In this document: in pieces, positions 16,284 to 25,549 of the stretch | How the letters are laid out: every line of letters starts with the position of its first letter | How positions within the stretch are numbered: the first letter of the stretch is position 1 | Program-made: the position numbers and the translations under genes | The notes under the pieces: generated by a model | Seen by the model: the letters and a program-made list of their open reading frames with translations, nothing else | Told to the model about the DNA's origin: nothing | Database searches by the model: none | NCBI GenBank assembly: GCA_964452525.1 | Contig: CAYVLZ010000002.1 | Coordinates: 2,392-66,391, forward strand | Reading direction: 5' to 3' | Source: Candidatus Woesearchaeota archaeon | Lineage (GTDB): Archaea > Nanobdellota > Nanobdellia > SCGC-AAA011-G17 > CAYFGV01 | DNA length: 64,000 nucleotides

Positions 16284-18582
16284 AAAACTATTAATTTTCA
16301 TAATCTTCTTAATAAGCATACAAATAACATACTCTGAAGACGATCTTGGAGCTTTTTATATGAATGATGGTGGTTGGGATATTCTAGATTATCCTGGGAC
16401 TTATTACAGACAGGCTCTTCACTGGAATCAGGTTCAGCCACAAGAGGGAAATCCCGATTACTTCGATTTCAATTCAGGGAACATGATAAGAATAAAAAGA
16501 ATTCTTAACGCTGGTAAAAGTGCAGTGCCATCAATAATGGCCGATGTGCACTGGGCGACCCAAGATCCACCATATCCAGAGTGTTCAGGATCTACCCCAC
16601 CAATAGACATGCAATCAGAGTTTGATCCGCAGTTCGGTCACAGCGAGTTGTATTATAATTTTGTCTATGAGGCAGCTAATTACTTTGAGCAGAACTATCC
16701 TGGACAGATAGATATCTATGTTATTGAAAACGAGCAGACTGCTAGAAAATTCTGGTGTGCTTCAATGGAAGAATATGTCTGGCTTGTAGCAACTGCAGAA
16801 AAAGCTATTCATGATGCTGCTCCAAACGCCAGAATTGCTGATGGAGGAATGGCTTCAAACTCATGGGGATATCCCCTAGTTCAGCATGTCTTAGAAACAG
16901 AAGGCGTTGATGCAGCAATAGAATTTTATAATAATTATTATAACGCCTCTTTCCTTAACAACACACCAATACACACTGAACAGCAACTAATGAACAAACT
17001 TAATAATAACCAACAAACCATTGACAATACAAATTACCTTATGACAAATCTTCCTCCTTATCTAGATATTTTCAATATGCATTTCTATGAACCGCCTGAA
17101 ATGATGGAGTATCAAATTAATTTTGTTAGAGAAATGACAGGCATGTATGCTGTAATGAACAACGAATTAGGACCAAGAGTAAGGCCAGAATGGGATCAAT
17201 GGGGCGATAGAGAACTATTAACCGCCCAGATACTTGTTGAAAAAATGATCATTGCACAAAAAATGGAGATGGAAGCAGTTATGTGGTTTGGAGTCGAAAA
17301 TTGGGACCATTTCATAATAGGGTTTGTAAATGAAAATAATGGTCAGTTAAGAGAACAAATCGTAGAGGCTTATGCTACAGCAATGGAACTTTTAGATAGA
17401 GAAATGTCTGAATATCAAGATCTTTCAGATTCAAGTATCTATAGACACAGACTAATATTCTCAGACAACATGGTTGATGCAATTTGGTCACACCAACAAG
17501 GGAATTCTATTGATGTTCCAAATGATTGTACTGCTTATGATATCTTAGGAGATGAGATTACTTCTCCAAGCATAACATTAACCCGTTATACAACTTATTT
17601 AGTATGTCCAATAGAACAATCCGAGCCTCCAGTAATAGATGAAAACTCAATAACAGTATCCCAAATAACAGAAACAACAGCTACAATAGAATGGGATACT
17701 AACATAGAATCCACCTCCATAGTATTCTATGACTATGAAAGTCATCCTTTACCCGATCAATATCTATATTCACAAACAGGACATTCAGGAATCCATCACA
17801 CAGTACAATTAACTAATCTTAATCCTGATACAACATATCATTTCAGAGTTGTAAGCGAAGCCAACGGAGACGTTGATTACAGTAGTGATTATAGCTTCAC
17901 AACAATAGCAGAATCTGAACTATGTAATCAATACAATAATCTAAGAATAATAGACCAAAACAATAACCACCACATAGAATCAGCAGAATTATTATCTTCA
18001 ATATCCTATTGGCTAAAAGGCGATATTTCAACTCCGACATTCACATCAACTCTAGGATCGTACTTCTACGGAGACGACTTAGGATTATTAGTAAACCCTC
18101 CAGTAGAATGTACATATACAGTTGGAAAGTTATCTGGATTAGAAATATCAAATCTTATACCAGATTATTACGAGATTTCAAAAATACAAGAAGGTGATAA
18201 CTATTACATAGATCAACCTTATTTCGTATACGATGTCCCAGACCAATTAGAAGGTCTAGACTTTGATTGGATAAAAACAGCTAATAAAAACAAAACAATA
18301 TTTGATAATCCTTGGGTAGAATTCGATGTAAATAAAGAGTCAACTGTTTATGTAGCTATAGATTCTAGGGGTTTAGGGGACCCTCAATCATGGCTAATGG
18401 ACGAGGGATGGACAGAATCAGATGTTAATATTACAGTCTCTGTTGCAGGAGATAGATTGGTGAACAATACAATATTTTATAAAAGATTCGATAAAGGACA
18501 TGTTACTCTTGGAGGTAATGAAGATAAATACAATATGTATTTCTTGATACTAAAAACAGGAACCCCGCCACCATTATCATAA
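16270..18582 (+). CDS. Secreted clan GH-A-like glycoside hydrolase, FN3-like domain, dockerin-like module, conserved C-terminal module
   Basis: Signal peptide. HWNQVQPQEGNPDYFDF and YVIENEQT are (beta/alpha)8 GH-A-type motifs. The FN3-like domain spans 17630-17900. IDQNNNHHIESAELLSSISYWLKGDI lies at about 17941-18072. The C-terminal YYIDQPY...WIKTANKNK...VYVAIDSRG...GGNEDKYNMYFLILK spans 18201..18564. Confidence 0.6.
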   Translation: MKMNKKLLIFIIFLISIQITYSEDDLGAFYMNDGGWDILDYPGTYYRQALHWNQVQPQEGNPDYFDFNSGNMIRIKRILNAGKSAVPSIMADVHWATQDPPYPECSGSTPPIDMQSEFDPQFGHSELYYNFVYEAANYFEQNYPGQIDIYVIENEQTARKFWCASMEEYVWLVATAEKAIHDAAPNARIADGGMASNSWGYPLVQHVLETEGVDAAIEFYNNYYNASFLNNTPIHTEQQLMNKLNNNQQTIDNTNYLMTNLPPYLDIFNMHFYEPPEMMEYQINFVREMTGMYAVMNNELGPRVRPEWDQWGDRELLTAQILVEKMIIAQKMEMEAVMWFGVENWDHFIIGFVNENNGQLREQIVEAYATAMELLDREMSEYQDLSDSSIYRHRLIFSDNMVDAIWSHQQGNSIDVPNDCTAYDILGDEITSPSITLTRYTTYLVCPIEQSEPPVIDENSITVSQITETTATIEWDTNIESTSIVFYDYESHPLPDQYLYSQTGHSGIHHTVQLTNLNPDTTYHFRVVSEANGDVDYSSDYSFTTIAESELCNQYNNLRIIDQNNNHHIESAELLSSISYWLKGDISTPTFTSTLGSYFYGDDLGLLVNPPVECTYTVGKLSGLEISNLIPDYYEISKIQEGDNYYIDQPYFVYDVPDQLEGLDFDWIKTANKNKTIFDNPWVEFDVNKESTVYVAIDSRGLGDPQSWLMDEGWTESDVNITVSVAGDRLVNNTIFYKRFDKGHVTLGGNEDKYNMYFLILKTGTPPPLS
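17636..17884 (+). repeat. 249-bp exact repeat, copy 1 (FN3-like module)
   Basis: Identical base-for-base to 24093..24341, checked line by line. Confidence 0.95.
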
Positions 18583-18594
18583 TTTTTAACAAAA

Positions 18595-18602
18595 TTTATA
18601 TA
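18595..18602 (+). promoter_or_regulatory. TATA box (aaaaTTTATATA) for pyrH
   Basis: Lies 29 nt upstream of the ATG at 18624. Confidence 0.5.
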
Positions 18603-18623
18603 TTAAAGCTTCTCGATTAACAT

Positions 18624-19301
18624 ATGAAAAAAGTAGTGATAAGTCTTGGTGGGAGCGTTATAGTTCCAGACAAAGTTGATTATAAATTATTAAAAGATTT
18701 TAAAACTCTAATTAAAAAATTCTCTAAGAAAAATAAAGTCGTTATAGTGACAGGGGGAGGAAGTACGTGTAGAAAATATCTAGACCCCTTGGAGAAAGGC
18801 AAGTATAGTGAAAAAATATATTCCTTGATAGGAATCGCTTCTACAAAGTTAAATGCTAGATTAGTTGATGGAATATTTGGGAAAACAGATAAAATACCCG
18901 AATCTCTAAACGAAGTTAAGAATGCATTAAAAAGAAGGAATGTGGTAATATGTGGTGCCCTTGGTCTTCAACCAGAAACAACTTCTGATGGAAATGCAGC
19001 AGAAGTAGCAGAAATGATAAAAGCAGATTTCTTCATTAACATAACTAATGTTAAAGGACTTTACAATAAACACCCAAAATCAAAAAATGCTAAATTCATT
19101 CCAGAAATAACTTTTAATGATTTTTGGAAGAGGGTTAAGAAAATTAAATTTAAAGCAGGCCAACACTTTGTTCTAGATAAGACAGCGTCGAAAATCATTA
19201 AGAGATCAAAGATTAAAACATATATAGTCAACAATAATATTAAAAATTTAAGGAACCTTCTATACGGAAAAAGATTTATAGGAACAACAATACATTCTTA
19301 A
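18624..19301 (+). CDS. pyrH: UMP kinase (archaeal type)
   Basis: MKKVVISLGGSVIVP...VVIVTGGGSTCRKY... shows an amino-acid-kinase fold. The 225-aa length is typical of archaeal PyrH. Confidence 0.75.
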   Translation: MKKVVISLGGSVIVPDKVDYKLLKDFKTLIKKFSKKNKVVIVTGGGSTCRKYLDPLEKGKYSEKIYSLIGIASTKLNARLVDGIFGKTDKIPESLNEVKNALKRRNVVICGALGLQPETTSDGNAAEVAEMIKADFFINITNVKGLYNKHPKSKNAKFIPEITFNDFWKRVKKIKFKAGQHFVLDKTASKIIKRSKIKTYIVNNNIKNLRNLLYGKRFIGTTIHS

Positions 19302-19302
19302 A

Positions 19303-19782
19303 ATGATAATGGCTATATCTGGAACTCCTGGAACAGGAAAGAGTGAACTAGCAAAAAAACTGTCTAAAAAACTAAACTACAAAATAATCAATATAGGCAA
19401 AATAGTCAAAAAGAACAATATTTCAGAATCTTATGATAAAGAACTAAAATCTTATGTAGTAGATACAAAAAAAATTTCTAAATTTATAATAAATCTAATC
19501 AAAAATAAAGATAATATAATCCTAGAAGGTCATCTAAGTCACTATATTCCGAAGAAGTATGTTGATCTATGCATAATGTGTAAATGTGATTTAAAAATTT
19601 TACAAAAGAGATTAGAAAAGAGAAAATATTCAAAAAAGAAGATAAGAGAAAACTTAGATGCAGAAATACTTGACATTTGTCTAAACGAAGCTCTTGAAGC
19701 TAAACATAACATTTTAGTAATAGACACCTCTAAGAAAATAAATATTAAATATATCATTGAGTATCTTTCTAGCGTTAGCTAA
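19303..19782 (+). CDS. Adenylate kinase-like NTPase (AK6/Fap7 homologue)
   Basis: P-loop ISGTPGTGKSELAKKL. About 160 aa, typical of archaeal Fap7-like kinases. Confidence 0.65.
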   Translation: MIMAISGTPGTGKSELAKKLSKKLNYKIINIGKIVKKNNISESYDKELKSYVVDTKKISKFIINLIKNKDNIILEGHLSHYIPKKYVDLCIMCKCDLKILQKRLEKRKYSKKKIRENLDAEILDICLNEALEAKHNILVIDTSKKINIKYIIEYLSSVS

Positions 19783-20054
19783 TACAACATTTTAGGGTCC
19801 GTTGTTATTACAAGTCTAGAATAAGCTAAACCTTTGTTCAAATTCATTCTACTGTACTGTAACCAAGATTTACTTTTAAAGGGTTTCCCTAAGATGGGCT
19901 CTAAAATTTCATTTATTTCATCCAAACCAGAACTTTCTTCTTTATCTTCAAAAGCCACAACAAGCTCCCCAAGACTGTCATAAACCTCGACTACGTCAAC
20001 CCAGGAGAGATTCTCAAGTTTTTCTAATGCAATTTCATACAACCTAGTCGTCAT
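19779..20054 (-). CDS. Hypothetical protein
   Basis: 91-aa ORF. No family recognised. Confidence 0.4.
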   Translation of the reverse strand: MTTRLYEIALEKLENLSWVDVVEVYDSLGELVVAFEDKEESSGLDEINEILEPILGKPFKSKSWLQYSRMNLNKGLAYSRLVITTDPKMLY

Positions 20055-20084
20055 AAGAACAGTAATAAAAAAGATTATTTAAAT

Positions 20085-20804
20085 CTATCTGCCAAATCTT
20101 CTTTCCCTCTTGATGTAAGAATTTACAGCTTCCAATAAATCTTCTTTTTTAAATTCTGGCCAGAATTTTTTACAAAAGAAGAATTCAGCATAACTTCCCT
20201 GCCACAACAAGAAGCCAGAAGTTCTTTTCTCCCCAGAAGTTCTAATTATTAGATCAGGATCCGAATTCAAATAAAGGTTATTTGCAAATACTTCTTCATT
20301 AATCTTATTCACACTCAATTTACCTTCCTCTACCTGCTTAGCAATTTTTTTTGTAGCATCGATAATCTCTGCTCTGCCTCCATAAGCAAGAGCAAAATTA
20401 AGAAAGTATTTATCATGATTTTTAGTTTTCTCCATTATCTCATTAAACAGTTTCTGCATATCCTTTGGAAACATACCCAGCCTTCCAATAATTCTTATAC
20501 AAATTTTATTTTCATAAATTGATTTGTCATTTAACAATCTCATAAATTCTTTTCTAAAAATATCCATTAGATGGTTAAATTCATTTCTTGGACGATTTTC
20601 AAAATTCTCAATAGAAAAAGCATACAAAGTTACTTCTTTAACCCCAAGTTCTTTGCACCAATCTAAAACTTCCTCTACTTTTTTGGCTCCCCATTCATGA
20701 CCTTTCCAGGGCTTAATCATTAATCTCTTAGCAAACCTCCTATTTCCATCTAAAATAAATCCAATATGCCTCGGAACTTTATTGTCACTAGCATCCAATT
20801 TCAT
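20085..20804 (-). CDS. uppS: cis-Prenyltransferase (undecaprenyl-diphosphate synthase family)
   Basis: PRHIGFILDGNRRFAK, YAFSIENFENRP, IRTSGEKRTSGFLLWQ. Confidence 0.9.
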   Translation of the reverse strand: MKLDASDNKVPRHIGFILDGNRRFAKRLMIKPWKGHEWGAKKVEEVLDWCKELGVKEVTLYAFSIENFENRPRNEFNHLMDIFRKEFMRLLNDKSIYENKICIRIIGRLGMFPKDMQKLFNEIMEKTKNHDKYFLNFALAYGGRAEIIDATKKIAKQVEEGKLSVNKINEEVFANNLYLNSDPDLIIRTSGEKRTSGFLLWQGSYAEFFFCKKFWPEFKKEDLLEAVNSYIKRERRFGR

Positions 20805-20885
20805 ATTGAAAATAGTTTATGGATATTATTTAAAAATCTTTCTAATATACACAAGATTTAAAAATATAATAATTAAAAAATCAAC

Positions 20886-21407
20886 ATGAAAGATCTGACA
20901 TTTGTGAAGGACAGAGAAATCAGCAAAAAGCTTAAAACAGAAACACTCAAAGTTAAAATAATTGAAGAAAGCTCCTTCTCCAAACTAAAGGATTCAATAA
21001 AGAAAACTGATTATCCAGTAATAGTTCTGGGTGGAAAATTTAATAGAGAAATTTTAGAAGATAGAAAAGTAGATATCTTATTGAGCCCAGAAATAGAAGC
21101 TAGAAGGGACCATACCCATTATAGAAATTCTGGATTAAACCAAGTTCTTTGTAAACTAGCCAAGAAAAATAACATAGCAATAGGATTTAATTTTAATAAC
21201 ATATTACACTCTAAAGGAAAACAAAGATCAGAGATCCTTGGAAGAATGCAACAAAATGTAAGATTATGTAAAAAATATAAAGTTAAAATGATAGTTGCAA
21301 GTTTCGCTAAAAATAAATACGAATTAAGAAGCATAGATTCTCTAAAAGCTTTCGCAAGAGTTCTTGGAATTCCTCAAAGGGAAATTAAAAAATCTTTCTG
21401 GAAATAA
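20886..21407 (+). CDS. rnp3: RNase P protein component 3 (Rpp30)
   Basis: VDILLSPE...NSGLNQVLCKLAKKNNIAIGFNFNNIL...RMQQNVRLCKKYKVKMIVASFAKNKYELRS fits the Rpp30 TIM-barrel pattern. Confidence 0.75.
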   Translation: MKDLTFVKDREISKKLKTETLKVKIIEESSFSKLKDSIKKTDYPVIVLGGKFNREILEDRKVDILLSPEIEARRDHTHYRNSGLNQVLCKLAKKNNIAIGFNFNNILHSKGKQRSEILGRMQQNVRLCKKYKVKMIVASFAKNKYELRSIDSLKAFARVLGIPQREIKKSFWK

Positions 21408-21414
21408 AAAAAGG

Positions 21415-21422
21415 TTTATATA
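21415..21422 (+). promoter_or_regulatory. TATA box (aaaggTTTATATA) for 21446 CDS
   Basis: Lies 31 nt upstream of the ATG. Confidence 0.5.
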
Positions 21423-21445
21423 CTAGTAATATACCATTTTATATA

Positions 21446-24400
21446 ATGAAAAAGAGGATATTAATAACTTTTCTAGCGATGGTAATCCTTTCGCTACCAG
21501 TTCTAGCTCAAACAGGAAGAGTAGAAGTCCTTAATGACCACCATCTCCAATATGAAAGTAACCCCGTTCTATTGTGGGGTTCCAGCGACTGGGATCTAAT
21601 TGGTGAGCTCGCTTATACCGAAGAAGAATATAAAGACTATATTGATTGGCATTCAGAATATGGTGGAAATTTTATGAGACTCACCACGATGCCTTTGTTT
21701 CACAGAATAGATGAAGAAGGTGGATTAATATACCCTTGGACCAGGAGTTCTGAGTGTTGTACATATAATGGAGAGGATAAATTTGATCTAGATTCTTTTA
21801 ACGAAGAATACTGGCAAAGATTAGATGATATAATAAGTTATGCAGAAAGTAAAGATGTAATCATTCTCCTCCAATTTTTCGATGAAGTTCTAATAGAGTA
21901 TTCTAATAGCCACCCCGATGCAGATAGATATTCACTATATCCTTTTAATCCACACAATAACGTAAATTATGGAGGACAGGATAACTGTGGAAGTATTGGA
22001 ATACCAGAAATAAACCCTCCAAGTCCATCAGAGGATGCATCAATACAACATTGTTCCGGAGAAGGTAATGAAAGAGACGACTATGATTGGAATTTCTATG
22101 ATATTTACAATACAGAGCTGATTGAATACCAAGATGATTATGTGGACAAATTAGTAGATACTTTACATGATAATGGCAATATTATTTATGAAATAGCAAA
22201 TGAATATGCCGGAGAAAATCTTCCCCAAGTACCCCCCCCAGAACATTATGACTGGGTTCAACATTGGGTAGACAAATTTCAAGATTATGAAACACAATAT
22301 GGGGTTAATCTTCTTCTAACTAACATGCCCATGCAGGAGGGTTATGATCAAGAAGATTATTTCCAAGATCCCGGGATAGCATTGACAGACTTTTATAAAC
22401 AATTATCCACAAATGATTTACAAGAAATAAATGATGTAATAAGTGAATCTTTCTATTTTCAAAATAATCCAGATTATTACAAACCGATTTTGATGGGAAG
22501 GGTTAAGGCAAAACCAGACCAATACCCAAACCAACTTAGAGATGGACGCCAACAATTTTGGACAGCTTTTGTAAGCGGAGGTCAAGGATCGACATTTAAA
22601 GAAGCATTTGATGTAGCTCCTTCTGATTGTGACGTCGGAGTTCCATACTATCAATGTAACCATGATACAGAAAACATAATAAGGGGTCTTAGGGGTTTCG
22701 CTTACTCTACAGAATTTTGGAAATTAGAACCAGGAGATGATATAATAGATTCTGTTCCAACAGGAACTACCGCATATGCATTAAAAAACGAGATTAGTGG
22801 AGAAGAGGAATATGTAATCTATTTATACGGATCAACATCAGCTTCTACTTTAACCATTGATATAGCTTTAGGAGACTTTCTGGTTGAAGTCTATAATCCA
22901 GAGACAAACAGCTTCTCGTTAGACTATTCTACACAAATAACTGGAGGAAGTAACATCCAAATAAATCTTCCATTATTTTCAGAGGACCTAACGGTACATA
23001 TATTTAAGAATAATCTGAGAAAAGGAAATCTCATAACACAAACGCCCGAACAGTTAAGTACAAATAGTAATGGACATGTGCCAAAAATAGTTATTGATTC
23101 TAATGGAAACCCCCATGTTACTTTTTTAACTGGCCCTCATGATGGACAAGTAAAATATACCAAATACGAAGATGGGGGGTGGATAACTCCAATTACAATA
23201 GAGTCAAATATTATGAACGATAAATTAGGACCAGAAATAGCGGTTGGAGAAGATGGGACTGTACATTTAGTCTATGGTAACATGGATGAACAAAAATCTT
23301 ATTATAGAACTTATACAGAAAGTGGAGGCATTTCTGAAAGAGAAACAATATTTAACTCAGATCCTGTAAATCATAGGGATACATCAGTACAAGTCAACTC
23401 TGAAGGAGAGGTATTTGTAATCTTTAGAAGTTATCATGAAACTGACGATGGACATATATATTATATGAAAAGAAGTGGAGGAACTTGGGAAGGGCCAATA
23501 AAAATATCTTCTAACTCTCCTAGCGTTTCTAGAAAGAGACCGAATTCCGCTATAGGTCAGGATGATACTCTACATGTGGTATGGAGACAAAGAGCGGTTA
23601 GCGGAGAAAATTATAGAACATTTTACAGAAAATGTGAACATCCATGCAATAGTGCGGGTGATTGGGGATCCATAGAATATTCACTTGATGAAAATAGACG
23701 TACCGGTGAAGATCCACACGTAATAGTAGATAACAGCAATATAGTCCATTTTTCATGGGGAGGAGGTATTGATGGGTCTGAAGATATTATTTATTCAAAT
23801 GAAAATGAAGATCCTTGGTACGGACAATTACTTGGAAATGCTTATTATGCCCAAGGACACTTAACAGATCCCGTACTGTCTTTAGATAGTTATAATAATA
23901 AATACATCTTCTACAACCATAGAATATCTTATAATGACGGCACAGGGTGGAGTGAGATGCCATATATATACGATGTTAGTGCAGATCAACCTTGGACAGC
24001 GAATGATAATGAAATAGTACATCTAGTTTATAGAAAAAATAATAATGTTTATTATTCAACTTTTTCAATAGAAACGCAAGAAGAAGTCATAGTAGATGAA
24101 AACTCAATAACAGTATCCCAAATAACAGAAACAACAGCTACAATAGAATGGGATACTAACATAGAATCCACCTCCATAGTATTCTATGACTATGAAAGTC
24201 ATCCTTTACCCGATCAATATCTATATTCACAAACAGGACATTCAGGAATCCATCACACAGTACAATTAACTAATCTTAATCCTGATACAACATATCATTT
24301 CAGAGTTGTAAGCGAAGCCAACGGAGACGTTGATTACAGTAATAATCAGCTCTTTACAACATTACAAGAATCTGAACAAGGTTGCATAAATCAAGAACTT

Positions 24401-25549
24401 TTAACCATAATAGATGAAAATCAAGATTATGTAATCCAAACCATAGAAATGATATCAAGCGTAAATAAATGGTTTAAAGGAAACATAAACGCAATAGATT
24501 TAATTTCAATAATAAGAGCCTATTCTTCAGGAAGTGCAATCCCTTGTTTAATGGGTCCAGGTGAATTGCCAGAAATCCACTGGTTAGAATTAGAATATCC
24601 CAAAACAATGGAAGACCCCATGAACGTATATTCAGATAGGGAGTTTGGAGAAGCTTCAAATGGAAGATATATAGCAACCTATGGAGATTCAGGTTCAGCC
24701 ACATTAGAGGTAGATATTAAAAAAGCAGGAACATATTACTTCTGGATTAGAAGTATGTGGACCGACGGAGGTTCTAACTCTTTCAACTTAATAGTAGATG
24801 ATAATTCTCCTATAGTAGTTGGAAATGTTAATGACAACTACAATATTTGGCAATGGATAAATTACAGAGACGGAGACCCAAATACTGTAGTCTCCTTAGA
24901 GTTATCAGCAGGAAAACATACGATAACTCTGGAGGGAAGGGAAGGTGCAGAAGAAGAAGATCGAAAAGCTAGGGGTGATAAAATATTATTAACAGAAAAT
25001 GAGAATTATCAGCCATCTGGAATGGGTAACCTTGCTGAAAACATAGTTCTAGTCTTCAATCTTGATACTCTTTCAACCCAAGAATATGAAATAGCTGAAA
25101 ACCTAGATATCGGAGATATATGTTATGTTGACAGAGATTACGATATAATATATCTACCAGAAGAGCTTGAAAGCATCGATTTAACTTGGATAAAAACAGC
25201 CAACGATGACAAAGTCCAACCACAAACTAATGATTGGATAACCTTTAATATTGGACAAGACTCCACTATTTACGTAGCAGTTGATGAAAGAAATGTAGAA
25301 GGAGACAATCCTGCAGGATTACCATCTTGGATGCAAGAAGGATGGACACAAACAAATGGCAGAATCGGAATACAAGCAGTCAATGGACAAAGATATTATA
25401 TAGCTTATTACAAATACTTTTCAGAAGGAGAAGTCTCGTTGGGAGCTAATGAGGATAAGAATAACATGTACCTTTTAATTATTAAAGAAGGGACCCCTGC
25501 TCTTCTTGCATCATCATTCAAAGAACCTTTACCCCAACAAGAATACTAG
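21446..25549 (+). CDS. Giant secreted multidomain protein: GH-A-like domain, sialidase/BNR-like propeller repeats, FN3-like, dockerin-like, CBM-like, conserved C-terminal module
   Basis: Signal peptide. YEIANEYAGE is a GH-A-type NE motif. Repeated blades (VTFLTG..VKYTKYEDGGW; VHLVYG..; IYYMKRSGGTW; HVVWRQ...) span about 23070-24060. The FN3-like domain spans 24090-24360. IDENQDYVIQTIEMISSVNKWFKGNI lies at about 24398-24532. A beta-sandwich region GSATLEVDIKKAGTYYFWIRS...GKHTITLEGRE follows. The C-terminal module spans 25121..25495. Confidence 0.6.
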   Translation: MKKRILITFLAMVILSLPVLAQTGRVEVLNDHHLQYESNPVLLWGSSDWDLIGELAYTEEEYKDYIDWHSEYGGNFMRLTTMPLFHRIDEEGGLIYPWTRSSECCTYNGEDKFDLDSFNEEYWQRLDDIISYAESKDVIILLQFFDEVLIEYSNSHPDADRYSLYPFNPHNNVNYGGQDNCGSIGIPEINPPSPSEDASIQHCSGEGNERDDYDWNFYDIYNTELIEYQDDYVDKLVDTLHDNGNIIYEIANEYAGENLPQVPPPEHYDWVQHWVDKFQDYETQYGVNLLLTNMPMQEGYDQEDYFQDPGIALTDFYKQLSTNDLQEINDVISESFYFQNNPDYYKPILMGRVKAKPDQYPNQLRDGRQQFWTAFVSGGQGSTFKEAFDVAPSDCDVGVPYYQCNHDTENIIRGLRGFAYSTEFWKLEPGDDIIDSVPTGTTAYALKNEISGEEEYVIYLYGSTSASTLTIDIALGDFLVEVYNPETNSFSLDYSTQITGGSNIQINLPLFSEDLTVHIFKNNLRKGNLITQTPEQLSTNSNGHVPKIVIDSNGNPHVTFLTGPHDGQVKYTKYEDGGWITPITIESNIMNDKLGPEIAVGEDGTVHLVYGNMDEQKSYYRTYTESGGISERETIFNSDPVNHRDTSVQVNSEGEVFVIFRSYHETDDGHIYYMKRSGGTWEGPIKISSNSPSVSRKRPNSAIGQDDTLHVVWRQRAVSGENYRTFYRKCEHPCNSAGDWGSIEYSLDENRRTGEDPHVIVDNSNIVHFSWGGGIDGSEDIIYSNENEDPWYGQLLGNAYYAQGHLTDPVLSLDSYNNKYIFYNHRISYNDGTGWSEMPYIYDVSADQPWTANDNEIVHLVYRKNNNVYYSTFSIETQEEVIVDENSITVSQITETTATIEWDTNIESTSIVFYDYESHPLPDQYLYSQTGHSGIHHTVQLTNLNPDTTYHFRVVSEANGDVDYSNNQLFTTLQESEQGCINQELLTIIDENQDYVIQTIEMISSVNKWFKGNINAIDLISIIRAYSSGSAIPCLMGPGELPEIHWLELEYPKTMEDPMNVYSDREFGEASNGRYIATYGDSGSATLEVDIKKAGTYYFWIRSMWTDGGSNSFNLIVDDNSPIVVGNVNDNYNIWQWINYRDGDPNTVVSLELSAGKHTITLEGREGAEEEDRKARGDKILLTENENYQPSGMGNLAENIVLVFNLDTLSTQEYEIAENLDIGDICYVDRDYDIIYLPEELESIDLTWIKTANDDKVQPQTNDWITFNIGQDSTIYVAVDERNVEGDNPAGLPSWMQEGWTQTNGRIGIQAVNGQRYYIAYYKYFSEGEVSLGANEDKNNMYLLIIKEGTPALLASSFKEPLPQQEY
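24093..24341 (+). repeat. 249-bp exact repeat, copy 2 (FN3-like module)
   Basis: Identical to 17636..17884. Confidence 0.95.

Noticed and set aside
18009-18197. 62-aa plus-strand ORF in an alternative frame inside the 16270..18582 gene
   Set aside because: It is fully nested in a long ORF with recognisable domains. Its Arg/Ile-rich product is typical of an off-frame translation.
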